60,898 nucleotides of DNA, from positions 114,267,056-114,327,953 of the forward strand of contig NC_068982.1 of assembly GCF_001194135.2 (NCBI RefSeq), written 5' to 3'. This document shows, one piece after another, positions 27,325-40,080 of this stretch; position 1 is the stretch's first letter; every line of letters begins with the position of its first letter. A program made the position numbers and the translations under genes. The notes beneath the pieces are model-generated. The model ran no database searches, had not been told where the DNA came from, and saw only the letters and a program-made list of their open reading frames with translations. The stretch comes from Octopus bimaculoides (lineage: Eukaryota).

Positions 27325-27900
27325 TGAAACAAGATTAGGAGCCAGATCTATTCTGAGTCTTGTATGCAGAAAGGGGGAACTTGTACACTACAGCATATCT
27401 AACACATTAGTCTTGTATGCCTTAGCCACAAGACCAATTGCTATTTTAGCCATAGTTAGAGCCCTTGAGATATACTACCATCCAGGAGCAAAGTGGATAT
27501 GCTAGTTGTGGTATCTGATGGCTAACACCATACTTACCAAAACTTCTGAGTACCGAGTCAGCGCTTCAGTACGGCGTGCATTTCAATGCCTTGCCTAAGG
27601 TAGTCCACTACAAGAAACAAATTGCGTGATATTCGTATCTTACCCTACGAGCGAAACATAAACCATTGTTTGGGAATATTATAAATTAGAATTAACATGC
27701 TATTTGGTCAGATTTTATTTATTTATTTTTTTTTACTGAGTGAAAATAAGTTATATGAAGGTTATATATCATCTACGAGTGCTAAATATGTATGTCAATT
27801 CAGATGGAGGTAACCAAGAATTAATGCTAGTCCGTGAATAATGTTTTAGAATAAACGTTGCATTTGATCATTCTTTATATATTTACATATGTTCATATAT

Positions 27901-27947
<47 letters not shown>

Positions 27948-29099
27948 TTTATGTATGTATTTATGTATATGTGTGTGTGGGCGTGCATGTGTTGTACATG
28001 CACATATATAAATATATATATATATATATATTATGTATACACGCGTACACACGCGCACATATACATATATGTATAAACACGTGCACACATGCACACACAA
28101 ACGCGCACATGTACGTATATATGTTCAGTGTACACATGGATGGCGTCTTGGTTTAATGATTAAGGTTCTGGAGAGTGGAGTCTGCAATGCGGGATCCATT
28201 ATCTCTGTTCAGACTATATCAATTCATTCTGCAATCATTACCCTTTATGAAAGCAGAGAAATCACAACATCGTAATCTAGTACCCCACCTCTTTAAAATA
28301 CAATCGTCTACACAGAGAGTAAATAAATCAATAATTTTCAATCAACCTGTTGTATACAGTTGTGACTATATGTATTCATCAGTCCTCTACTACCAATGTC
28401 TAATAACATGCTTACAGAAATACAGATAATGAAGGAATAATGCAAATCAGGCTTCCACAAATTATTCAGTTGTCTTAAACTGCAGACAAGAAAATCTTTA
28501 TAATATCTCAATTATCAAAACTATATGCACAAGAGCTCAAAGGCGAATTTGTAGCTCTGTTTAATTTCCAAGAGAAAACCTAATAATAAAGTAGATAATG
28601 CCAACAGATAACATTCGCAATAATAACATACTCAATGAAATATCTTTTATTGAATCAAGATTTTTTTAGTTGCCAAAATGAGATTTGCTGCCATCAAAGA
28701 TTTGTCGGTTAAATGATTTGCGTAAAGGTAAAATCTTAAATTGTTTTAAATTTACTATAATATATAAATTAAGTTTAAATTTTTATCAGTAAAGAAAGAT
28801 AGTTATTTATATATAATTTTGTACAGGCATTTTTGTCAACCTGGTGGGCTTATATTTTTTCCATAGCAGAGCAAAAATAGAGTTAGAAAATATATTCTGT
28901 CATGAGGAATGCGGAATATAGCGTCTCCGTCGTTGCTCGTTGTCTGGATCCGTAGAACGGACAAAGTGATACTGCTTTTGTTGACTTAATTTTAAGTATA
29001 GTGTCACTTGAACAATACTGTTCACTGTATTATGTATGAGTATAGTGTGTTATTTGATAGAAATTTGACTGTTATTTCTAGCGAATCGGTTGACTATGT

Positions 29100-29168
29100 A
29101 AAAGTTCCACATCACGTAGGCTACAAAAGGTAAACTACCTTTTGTAGCCTACGTGATGTGGAACTTTT
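29100..29168. repeat. perfect 33-bp inverted repeat, 3-nt loop
   Basis: aaaagttccacatcacgtaggctacaaaaggta-aac-taccttttgtagcctacgtgatgtggaactttt. Confidence 0.95.
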
Positions 29169-29274
29169 GAAAGCAACACTAAATGTTTGAGATCTTTGTA
29201 ATGATCTGTTCGATTATTGACGAGCAGTATTCATATCAACAACAACAATAAGCACTACGACAATGAAGCAACTA

Positions 29275-29700
29275 TGGCAGCAAAATCTTTACACAAATCA
29301 CAGATTACCATGTAAATGAAGGAGAGAAAAGTTGGAATCATCTTGATGAGGTAAATAATAGCGGAAATAAAGGCAACATGGTCACAGTTGGAATGTCTTT
29401 GATGAGCTTGATGGGGTATGAGGGGGATAAAAAACTAAGAACAACAATAACAACTATAACAATAAAGCAACCATATCTCCAGTGCAAGAAATAGCTGCCA
29501 AATCTCTGCACAAATCACAAATTACCATTTAGATAAAGGAGAGAAAAACTGGAGTCATATAGACCTAGATAAATGATGGATGAAATAAAGATAGCATAGC
29601 CACGATTGGGACGCCTTTGACCTGGTCGTTGGGGTATGGGTTATGAAGGGGTAAATAATCAATAACAACAACTCAACAACAACAAATCAATAACAATCTC
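29275..29700 (+). repeat. two tandem decayed copies of an (AAC)n-tailed interspersed repeat (family E)
   Basis: caaatct...caaatcaca.attaccat..a.at(g)aaggagagaaaa occurs at ~29280 and ~29500, each ending in aac repeats. The related motif ctgctagaaatagcagcc also occurs at ~773, ~10637, ~13520 (minus), ~26481 and ~29065 (minus). Confidence 0.55.
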
Positions 29701-30191
29701 CCTGCTAAATATTTGAATGAAATATGTTACCTAACATTTGTTGATGTCGTTGGTTAATATATTTTGTAAAGATAGTTTTAATTTTCGTAGTTGGCTACTT
29801 TGTTGTGAATTTATCTTATTAATTGTGCAGTTGTTTACGCGATATGATGTAGTATTAGGCCTATTTAGTGATCTGTTCTTGATCTATATTGAATATGGCA
29901 TCATGAATATTATGTGTATGTCTGATAACTCTTAACTTAATCTGTCTTCTTGATTTATTTGTAGTAAATCTCTTGGTCAACTCGAAATCTATAAGTAATT
30001 CTTGTTTTGGAGACAAGTTATGATATCGTTCTACGCTCACACAATGTGTTTACCATCTTCGAAATTAGAATATCTTGTCGGGATCGGAACCTTGCAAACA
30101 TTCCAGAAATGGGGAAATGGAAATGTAATCTAATTTCTAACCCGAGGAACGTCTGATATCCCATCTTATATAAACAATTATTTCCGCTAAG

Positions 30192-30375
30192 ATGGCGAGC
30201 AGGCAGAATCGTACGCACGCCGGCCAAAATGCTAAACGATATTTCGTCCGTCTTTACGTTCTGAGTTCAAATTCCGCCGAGGTCGACTTTACCTTTCATC
30301 CTTTCAGGGTCAATAAAACAAGTACCAGTTGCGCACTGGAGCTGGCATTGTGCTAAAATTTGAAACCAATATTAT
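30192..30375 (+). mobile_element. SINE family A
   Basis: ggcgagcaggcagaatcgtacgcacgccggcc...gttctgagttcaaattccgccgaggtcgac. Confidence 0.85.
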
Positions 30376-31191
30376 TATTCCCCCCTCCACAAATCATCAA
30401 TATACACAAGTTTTAAACAATAGAGAATATAAGCACATATTTCACGTAGAAAAAAAATATAGGAATAACAGCCACATTGACATGACACGAGCCACATATG
30501 TCTCTTATTAACTATGTCACTGAATACACTGAAGTATTTACTAATATTTTCTACGTAGAAATGGCATATGTTATGAGCTAATATATTATGTTCTACTACG
30601 AAGAAACACATGTTTAATCAGGCCAGTATAAATATCACACTATCTGTAAGAATTCTTTTTTTGTTTGTTTTTAACAACATTCACTAGTTTATGGCAGTTT
30701 CTAAATCTCAACGGCCATAAAATAAAAGATTAGAATCATGGCAGCTACATGAACCAACTTCGTGCCTGAATCTCTTTTCATCAAGTCACATTAACTCAAC
30801 CGCAGCAAGTAGGCCTCTAGCAGCGATACAACACTAAAGCTAGACATATAAATATATAAGCTACGCCCAGGCATACAATTTCATATACAAAATCATATAC
30901 AAAAATATGCAAACGTAGATATAGTGTCAGTTATAAACTCAGTCCCTAGTATTCTCTCACTGACATTGTTACCTGACTGTATTTCAAAGCTTATAAATAA
31001 TTATAAGTTAAAATCAGGATTCTAACGAAACTGATGAGAGTCGGTGTTAGGAACATGTAGCCAATAAGTCATTTGTTAATGTTATCTCTACAGATCTTCT
31101 ATAGAAATTATAGCCAGCACTGATGTTCGCTACGACGTTTCGTATCCGAGACGTCAGATGTAAATAAACAATGAGATCGGAGAAGAAAAAA

Positions 31192-31246
31192 GGGTAATGG
31201 GCGTATATGCCGCATTTCGGGAGTTTTTACCTCTTCATCAGCACCC
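31192..31246 (-). ncRNA. candidate degenerate type I hammerhead ribozyme
   Basis: Minus strand GGGUG-CUGAUGA-AGAGGUAAAAACUCCC-GAAA-UGCGGCAUAUACGCCCA-UU-ACCC. Both core boxes are intact; the stems are imperfect. Confidence 0.45.
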
Positions 31247-31759
31247 ATGAAACCCCTTAATCATCCACGAATATATTGCTTAGATAGCCACTAAATACAG
31301 GGATGTAAGGTTATTGGATATACCAATTTTACTTATTAAACGCATTCAAACACATTGAACACATTCCAGCGTAGCAGCATACGTAGTCAATAAGAGGAGA
31401 GTCCATGGAAAAGTTCGATATGTTTGATTGGCATAAGGTATGAAATGCTTACCGTTTCGATTTGTTTTTATCCAACAGGGGAAGAAAGAGAAAAGCGAAA
31501 AACAGCGAAAGAGAGGGGAGGGAAAGAGAGACAACTTTGTTATTACTTTGGTAGTAAGAGAGTAAATTTTGGCACAATGTCAGGAATTTGGAGAAAGAAA
31601 TATAGCTGGTTGAAACAATCAAATATTTATCATGGTGAAATAAACAAATGGAATGCAGAAAAAAAGCAGCCCAATCTGCATTTGAACTCAGAGAGTAGAC
31701 GATGTGATATCATTGTGTAAGATACTTTGTCCGACACCAAATATCCCAAGGATTATATA

Positions 31760-31992
31760 GACACTTTATTTCACGTTGCTCCAGTTCATTGAGCTGTAGA
31801 ATTAATTGCGATGTCACTGGTGCCAAGTTGTATCGGCCTTTGCCCTTTCCCTTGGATAACACTCGTGGTGTGGAGAGGGGAGGCTGGTATGCATGGGCGA
31901 CTGCTGATCTTCCATAAACAACCTTGCCCAGACTTGTGCTTCGGAGGGGAATTTTCTAGGTGCAATCTCATGGTCATTCATGACCAAAGAGG
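31760..31992 (+). mobile_element. headless SINE with the same core as 5770 but a different tail
   Basis: gacactttatttcacgttgctccag followed by ccctttcccttggataac...gggaggctggtatgcatgggcgactgctg...ggtcattcatgaccaaag. Confidence 0.6.
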
Positions 31993-32171
31993 TAATTCTA
32001 AATTCATAATTTAATATATAAACAATTTAACTGTCATTAATTTTCATAATTCTTAATGTATCATTTACTCAAAGTGAGTAACTGAAATGCACAACACATT
32101 TGCTGAGTTGCAGCAATAGAATAAAGTCTCAACTTCGAACTTCGGAAAAATGGTTATAATGTGTGTGTGTA

Positions 32172-32232
<61 letters not shown>

Positions 32233-33584
32233 GTAGGTGTGCGTGCACATGTTTATATATGTGTGTGTTTGTGTTGTTAGTGAAGGCCAATGACACAATA
32301 CATCTGTGTTCCTTTCACTGTTTCTCTTTCTCTCTCTCTCTCATTGTTCCCTTCATCATCTCTCTTTATCTATCTATCTCACACTATTTATGTATGTGTG
32401 TCTGTTTGCGTGTATGTGTGCATATGTACGAAAATAAAACGAAATATAAGACGAGCGTTAAAGGGTGAAGCAGTTAATGAATGTAAACACAAGCATTTTA
32501 CGCACTTTATTGTTTCTATAGAACGAAAATCCCGAATATCGTAATCCTGTAAAAATGACGCAAAATGTCACGAAAGCCGTCCTTGCTATTTGGCTAGCAG
32601 CTATTACTAATATATGTGAGAGCAAGATATATATATATATANNNNNNNNNNNNNNNNNNNNNNNNNNNNNNNNNNNNNNNNNNNNNNNNNNNNNNNNNNN
32701 NNNNNNNNNNNNNNNNNNNNNNNNNNNNNNNNNNNNNNNNNNNNNNNNNNNNNNNNNNNNNNNNNNNNNNNNNNNNNNNNNNNNNNNNNNNNNNNNNNNN
32801 NNNNNNNNNNNNNNNNNNNNNNNNNNNNNNNNNNNNNNNNNNNNNNNNNNNNNNNNNNNNNNNNNNNNNNNNNNNNNNNNNNNNNNNNNNNNNNNNNNNN
32901 NNNNNNNNNNNNNNNNNNNNNNNNNNNNNNNNNNNNNNNNNNNNNNNNNNNNNNNNNNNNNNNNNNNNNNNNNNNNNNNNNNNNNNNNNNNNNNNNNNNN
33001 NNNNNNNNNNNNNNNNNNNNNNNNNNNNNNNNNNNNNNNNNNNNNNNNNNNNNNNNNNNNNNNNNNNNNNNNNNNNNNNNNNNNNNNNNNNNNNNNNNNN
33101 NNNNNNNNNNNNNNNNNNNNNNNNNNNNNNNNNNNNNNNNNNNNNNNNNNNNNNNNNNNNNNNNNNNNNNNNNNNNNNNNNNNNNNNNNNNNNNNNNNNN
33201 NNNNNNNNNNNNNNNNNNNNNNNNNNNNNNNNNNNNNNNNNNNNNNNNNNNNNNNNNNNNNNNNNNNNNNNNNNNNNNNNNNNNNNNNNNNNNNNNNNNN
33301 NNNNNNNNNNNNNNNNNNNNNNNNNNNNNNNNNNNNNNNNNNNNNNNNNNNNNNNNNNNNGGAGATGTTACCTGCATTGTTATTTAGCTCCAGGTCAGTT
33401 CTGTTTCAGTAGACTATGATCATAGGTGATACAAAGTGACCACCCACTTCATGTTTATATATCAGGGACGACATTCTTCAATGTATCTTTTACTATTTAA
33501 TGTGATCTAAATGAGTTACCATTTATATTTCTACTAGTTTCAGATATCGAATGAAGGCTCTCACGGAATAAATAATGGGGAAAA

Positions 33585-33785
33585 CAAAGTGGCACCACGC
33601 CAGTAATTTCAGAGGAGGTAAGTCGATTTCACCGACCTCAGTGTTCAACTAGTATTTATTTTATCGACCTCGAAAGGATGAAAGACAAAGTCGACCTCGG
33701 TGGAATTTGAACTCAGAACGTAAAGGCGAACGAAATGCCGCTAAGCATTTTAACCTGACAGCTAACAATTCTGCCAGCTTGCCAT
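33585..33785 (-). mobile_element. SINE family A
   Basis: ttatcgacctcgaaaggatgaaagacaaagtcgacctcggtggaatttgaactcagaacg...ctgccagct. Confidence 0.8.
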
Positions 33786-34169
33786 CTTATCTCGGAACGA
33801 ATAATAGAGCATTATTTAGTTTCATCCATCTACGTTGTATGTTCCAATCAAAATGGCGATCGCTTTACTTTCTGAACAGTATTGATATGTAAGTGTCCAG
33901 GAGGCTAACCATTTGACGGAATGATGTGTCATTCTAGTCCATCGAATTCCGAAAGGATGTAACTTCAGTGAAATTTGAACTTAGACGTTAAAGGTACAGA
34001 ATTAAATAGTAACGCGACATACCTAATACTTTAGAATGTTAAATTTCTATTCTTTTGAAACACATAGTGACCAATGTATGTATAATAATCTTTTGGCAAT
34101 TTTACATCCTCAACATAGAAAAGACTGTATCCCAAAGACTGGTCTTCCTCTTTCACAAAATAGTTCTAC

Positions 34170-34490
34170 TTTCAACAGTTACAAACTTTATACAAATGTC
34201 AAGTGAGACATAATGGAGAACTGTCTCAACGTAGAAAACGAAACTGCCACTCGACGCACAGACATTCTGGACAGTGTTCAACGAAAGGCCACTCGAATGG
34301 TTAGCAAAAAGAAAGTTGCTTACCAAACCAAGCCAACTTTCTGGTCCATAGATCTGCTGCCGTACCACTCTACATTTTCTATTGCTACTAATGTGGCTTC
34401 TCGTACAACCTCCACTAAAACACTCCTAATTCATTTGTCTCACCTCCTCTCGTCATCCATGATGTGTACACTTCAGGTCTCCTACTAACC
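34170..34490 (+). mobile_element. CR1/Jockey-group LINE ORF2 (thumb) fragment
   Basis: LYKCQVRHIMENC...DILDSVQRKATRMV resembles LYKAQVRP.MEYC...LD.VQRKA.R.I. Confidence 0.55.
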
Positions 34491-35094
34491 TGTTTATAAA
34501 GATAGTCTTGCAATAGCAGTATTCTCTTCCAACTCATGTTTTGCTGTAGGAATTAGCCTGCACTCATCGTAGAAAAACATATTGGTTCCAGGTAAGTGCG
34601 TTCACAAAAGAATTCATGTGCCATTTGTCACGATGAGTTGAAGAGAAAACGGTGATATCATTTTAGTTGCCAGCTGGAATATTTTCATCTCTACAATTAA
34701 AACATCACTATCTCTCATTTTTTCTTTCTTTCTTTCATTCATTTTCTCTCTCTTTTTCTCTCTTTCTCTTTCTTTCTCTCTGTGTATCAAACATACGCAC
34801 ACACTCACAAACATACATACAAACGAAGGGCAAGAGCCCACCAAGAATATTCACTTACCATTCAAAATAACCACCGCTTGGTTATACTGCCTTTCCCTAT
34901 ATGTTACCACTATATGTAACATTTCAGTAACATTTCAATATCAACAAAGTTTGAGTTAGTTTCACTCATTTTTACAGCTTCATGTAACATAGAGGCTGAT
35001 TGCTTTACAACACAGGTTATAGAAAAAAGAGATGTGTTTACAAAGATACTCATATACTAAGAGCTTCAAAAAGGATGAAGGTCGTTTTACATGG

Positions 35095-35700
35095 TGTTTT
35101 CATCTATGCACATGTCCAGTCCACTGCTGGACGAATGCCTCGATATATTCTCTCCCTCAAATACAGTCTGATGTTTTCCTCTTCCCTGTTTTGGGTGCCG
35201 AAGAATTAACAAATTCTTCATTCCAACTTCTGCATGGTCTTTCCCTCTTTTTCTCTGGACGTGGTGTCCACCCTGTCAATTTGGTATTCCATCTATTGTC
35301 CTTTCCTCTACGCACATGTCCCGCGAAAGATCATTTCAGGGTTTATATTTTCTAGATAATATCCGTAAAACTTGTTGACACTCTTTTCCTATTGTTTTTC
35401 TATTACTACTAATGTGTTGTTGGTCCATGTTTCTGATGTACACGTAATGGTAGGCAGTACACACTGGTCGAAGACCATTACTTTTAGACATATGGGGAGC
35501 AAATTACTGCTCTTGATGTGATTCAATTTACCAAATGCTGCCCATCCTAAATGTATTCGTCGTCCAATTTATTTGGTCTGATTTTTATCCTTTCAGCGTA
35601 TTATTTGTCCAAGATTGGTGTATTGGTTTACATGCTCAACTATTTCATAGTATTTAAATAGTATGATATATCAAATTGATAGACCTGGAAATTAGATTTA
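35095..35700 (-). mobile_element. RTE-clade LINE 3' fragment
   Basis: Minus strand reads YTNLGQII...IGRRIHLGWAAFGKLNHIK...LKVMVFDQCVLPTITCTSETWT. It ends in TCCAGCAGTGGAC, a typical RTE 3' motif. Confidence 0.75.
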
Positions 35701-36518
35701 GATGAACGTTCACGCTTTTTAAGGCTAGCAGGGCACGCACGGAAAATGAATAGAACAATACATCGAAATTTAGTCATAGATGAGAATAGTGGTAAGGTTG
35801 GAACTGGTCTACGAGGCTCTCTCTCATGAAGTTTGTTTAGAGCCGGTGTTGGGTCAAGCAGGACATTAATGTTATTTTATAGAACTACTTGTTAAGGAAA
35901 TCGTTTATAGTAATATCATTTGTCACTCAATGTTTTACAATGAAGAGCAAATACGTTACTTTCATGATAATTTGGTTTCGATAAAAAAAAAAATGCTGCT
36001 TAATACTGTCCGGAAAAGAAACATTCTTTAGCTATAAAATGTAGCTTTCTTCAAGAAGAGGAGCATATCATAGAGTTAATATCACACTCAGTGATCAATC
36101 TTGTATAGTGATATATGAAGAATCAGCCGTGTTAGCAGACTCTAAGATTAATTCCTTGTCTAGACAATACGACTGCAAACAACATGTCTTTTCTTTTGTA
36201 AATTAAAATAGCATCGTTTGCTGAATACCTCTTAAGCCTCTGATGGAAATACGTCACCTGTATTATGTAGGAATGGATGAGTTGCGAAGAATAATAGCCT
36301 CAATCTTCCAATCCCGTTAGAAGATAAGATGTATTTATTAAAATATTTGCTTATTTTGCCTTGTCTATTCTTTCTCTTCATCGAATTATCTGTTCAGATA
36401 CAACGCTGTGTGATTATTTGTGTCTTAAAAGAAAATAAATCAGTAACTATCCCGTTTGGCTAGACGTAGCTTGGGAAAATTACCTAACACGAATGCAAGT
36501 GAATTATAACAGGTATAG

Positions 36519-36534
36519 CATAATAATAATAATG

Positions 36535-36608
<74 letters not shown>
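36519..36608. repeat. (TAA)n microsatellite
   Basis: Direct reading. Further (TAA)n at 36840-36910, 39436-39480 and 39997-40080. Confidence 0.95.
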
Positions 36609-36610
<2 letters not shown>

Positions 36611-36840
36611 CAAATACATAACAAAAACACCAGGACTTACAAATATATATAACATACAGAAAATTGCACTACTGGGCACTGCACACATCCTACGCAAAAC
36701 ACTTTCAATACAGTAACCATAAGAGCATCACAGCAAACCACAGCACATACCCAAGGCACACAGAGCTGTGCTCGGTAGTGAAGTGAAAGCACGTTATAAA
36801 AATAAAACTACTGAATAATAATAATAAAACTACTGAATAA
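36609..36840 (+). mobile_element. R4/Dong-type LINE 3' end, 5'-truncated, inside (TAA)n
   Basis: DKYITKTPGLTNIYNIQKIALLGTAHILRKTLSIQ*, then a ~100-bp 3'UTR and a TAA tail. The terminal aaaactactgaataataat is duplicated. Confidence 0.8.
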
Positions 36841-36852
36841 TAATAATGATAA

Positions 36853-36915
<63 letters not shown>

Positions 36916-37129
36916 CAACAACAACAACAACAATAACAACATCAACAATCTTGATTTCTCTGCCACACTAGTTCATGCACAAAGACAACAAAATGTTTAA
37001 AAATTGATTGTTACAGAAATTGCGGGAATTGAAGAAATTACCAATTGTAAAAAAAGTGAATTATTTCAGATGTATTATTACTATTACTATTACATGCTAT
37101 ATTAGTTAGCAGAAATGGATGTTATTTTG

Positions 37130-37590
37130 AGATTTGGTGACGAATCCTTAGATCTCAAGAATCTGCCTGATATTCTTGCAGAACACAGGATTGTACTTTT
37201 CTGCAGGCTGACAATGCGAGTTTAAATTCCAGTTATTCCTCAGACTCTTAGGCAGCAGTATAAGGATTGTGCCAAGTTCACGTAGTTATCCCAAGAATAA
37301 TTGTCATCTTAATCTTCCATAATCTCTTCATCTCACTGGCTAGTGCCTGATATTTCTCAATTTTCTCTATTATTATACGTTATTGCAAAGTCTATGATCT
37401 TACACTGTTTGTATGCTATACAATCATATATCGTCTTTTTGATCAGTAGTATGGTCAATGTTTACGGGAAAATCCCATAAAATCTTATAATTTTGTCACA
37501 TACATATTATTATTTACCCTGTGGTTGTTTTGTTTATATCAGCTGTTCCAAGTCTCATCCAGAAATCTCAAGTAAAAGTAAATTGGACGT
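37130..37590 (-). mobile_element. older R4/Dong-type REL endonuclease fragment
   Basis: Minus-strand remnants ILWDFP, NIDHTTDQ, CKIIDFAI, EKYQALASEMKRLWKIKMT. ATT-rich repeats lie at its 3' side. Confidence 0.7.
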
Positions 37591-38519
37591 TTAACTGTGG
37601 GTGTTATTTATGAATAGCAATGGTATAGTGTAAAAGAAGTTGACCAGAATCTGAGAGCTAAGATTCCGTTACATTTGTAATATTTCATTAATGGGTTTGT
37701 TGTGCGAGATATTTTGATGTGAAATCGTGTATTGACACAGATATTGTTATATGACCATCCTTAAATATAACAATATGTAATATTTCACGTTTGAAAGAAT
37801 TTTAAGAGAATCAAGTATAGTCGTATTGACAATGTTTTTCTTTTTTTAGGAACAGGGTTGTATCCATGAAAACCATTTTTGTAATTCTGATTCTTTGGCC
37901 ATGCTATATAAAAGCGCCATTAGGTATCGTGCATAAAGCTCCGATGATCACCGGTACAATTATTGTTCTTAAACATATATTTTTTGTGATCTCTGTTTCA
38001 AGGTCCATGTATTCACTTTCCAATGTTTTTTTTTTTTTTTACAGAAATGTTACAATCTGCTGGAATTGACATATCTATGAGCAGGCATATTTTGTCAACG
38101 TGAATTTTTAACCATAGTATCTGGCCTATTAGCCGAATAGCATGATCAGTCTAAATACTAAAGTCGCAAAGAACAATGATATCTTTATTTGCTTTTTGCT
38201 CCTACTTTGGAAGGCTTATGTTACCACCAGTTCTTATATGGGAGTCTAGATTTACGGCATATGAACCGGTACATGTACGGACCAAGTCTATCATGGTGAT
38301 TAATGTATTCATTTGAGGCAAACATAGAACATGCAGGCATGAGGTGGTCAATTGTTTCGCTGGTTACACTACAAAATTATAAAGAACGTTTGCTTGATAG
38401 TTTCTGGCGGTCAGACATTGATTCTGAGATGTATAAGGAAGCTCTCTAGTTCTGATTATATCCAGACGCAGCCAATCATTGATAGGTCTTATTTGTATTA
38501 ACATCAGAATCTCTGGCCG

Positions 38520-38740
38520 GCAGTGAACTGGCAGAGTCGTTAGCACGCCGGTCAAAATGTTTAGTGACATTTCGTCAGTCTCTTAGGTTCTGAGTTCAAA
38601 TTCTGCCGAGGTAGCCTTTGCCTTTCATCCTTTCGGGGACGATAAAATAAATAGCGGCTGAGCACTGGGGTAGATGTAATCGACTTACTCCCACCCACGA
38701 AATTGCTGGTCTCGTGCCAAAATTTGAAACTAATATTCTA
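38520..38740 (+). mobile_element. SINE family A
   Basis: gtgaactggcagagtcgttagcacgccgg...ctgagttcaaattctgccgagg...cctttcggggacgataaa. Confidence 0.85.
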
Positions 38741-39434
38741 TTTCTCATGTGCCCCCATGTCTCAGACCCTTGCTCCTTATCAACCCACAAGCTGGTTGGC
38801 TGATTATCAGCTCATATAATTTTTAATACTCCGATGTAATTGTATCTGACATCTCTAACAACGAACTTGTGGTAATTGTCATCGTTAACAGTAATGTAAG
38901 CTCTTCCCCGCTCAACAGATAAGATGCTCGTCAATATTTCTGGCAGAGTCGCGCTGTATTGAATTTTCGAGGGCATAGAGAAAGCACTACTATTCTCTTC
39001 TTAGGCGAAAGTAGGTCAGTGTGCCTTGGTGTCTGCTGACATATTTCTTTTTCGAAGAGCCGTTTCCTTCTGGTCGCCACCGTTTTGTGTATGAATCGAA
39101 TCGAAAAGCCATTTCAAAGTATTCATCTTTTTTCTTTTTCTTTTTTCTTTTTTGAAAACTAGGTAAAAATAATTAAATTCTCATCATGTAAGCAACTTTA
39201 TGCAACCCATCAATTTCTACAACGAGGAGCAAACGTAAAAATGACATCCCACAATAAAAACTACAGCAATTATAATAATCGCTTCGAGCACAGGCACAAA
39301 GCCCGATATTGGGGTGTGGGTCGATGATACTAACCGATTAAATCAAACCCATCACTTAACTGGCATTTATTTCACTAAGCCTCGATGGATGAAAGGCTCA
39401 GTTAATTATGGCGCAATGTTTTCCCTCAGCTCAC

Positions 39435-39480
<46 letters not shown>

Positions 39481-39483
<3 letters not shown>

Positions 39484-39570
39484 TATAACATACAGAAAAT
39501 TGCACTACTGGGCACTGCACACATCCTACGCAAAACACTTTCAATACAGTAACCATAAAACTACTGAACA
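39481..39570 (+). mobile_element. short R4/Dong-type 3' end with internal 3'UTR deletion
   Basis: 39481-39558 is identical to 36645-36722 (78 bp) and is joined directly to aactactgaa. Flanked by (TAA)n. Confidence 0.85.
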
Positions 39571-39582
39571 ATAATAATAATA

Positions 39583-39620
<38 letters not shown>

Positions 39621-39750
39621 GGTAAGTAGCTTCCTTACCAACCACATGGTCCGGGTTCAGTCCCACTGCGTGGCACCGTGGACAAGTGTCCACGGGCCGA
39701 CCAAAGCCTTGTAAGTGGATTTGGAAGACGGAAACTGAAAGAAACCCGTC

Positions 39751-39794
<44 letters not shown>

Positions 39795-39994
39795 GTGTAT
39801 ATGTGTGTGTCTGTGTCCCCCAACATCGCTTGACAACCGACGCTGCTGTGTTTACGTCCCCGTAACTTAGCGGTTCGGTAAAGAGACCGATAGAATAAGT
39901 ACTAGGCTTGCAAAGAATAAGTTCTGGGGTCGATTTATTCGACTAAAGGCGGTGCTCCAGCATGGCCGCAGTCAATTGATTGAAGCAAATAAAA

Positions 39995-39995
<1 letters not shown>
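39621..39995 (+). mobile_element. SINE family B, head slightly truncated; tail runs into (TAA)n
   Basis: ggtaagtagcttccttaccaaccacatggtccgggttcagtcccactgcgtggcacc...(TA)n...ggcggtgctccagcatggccgcagtcaa. Confidence 0.88.

Positions 39996-40080
<85 letters not shown>

Noticed and set aside
27530-27540. atacttacc resembling the U1 snRNA 5' end
   Set aside because: The match stops after 9 nt; there is no further U1 sequence.
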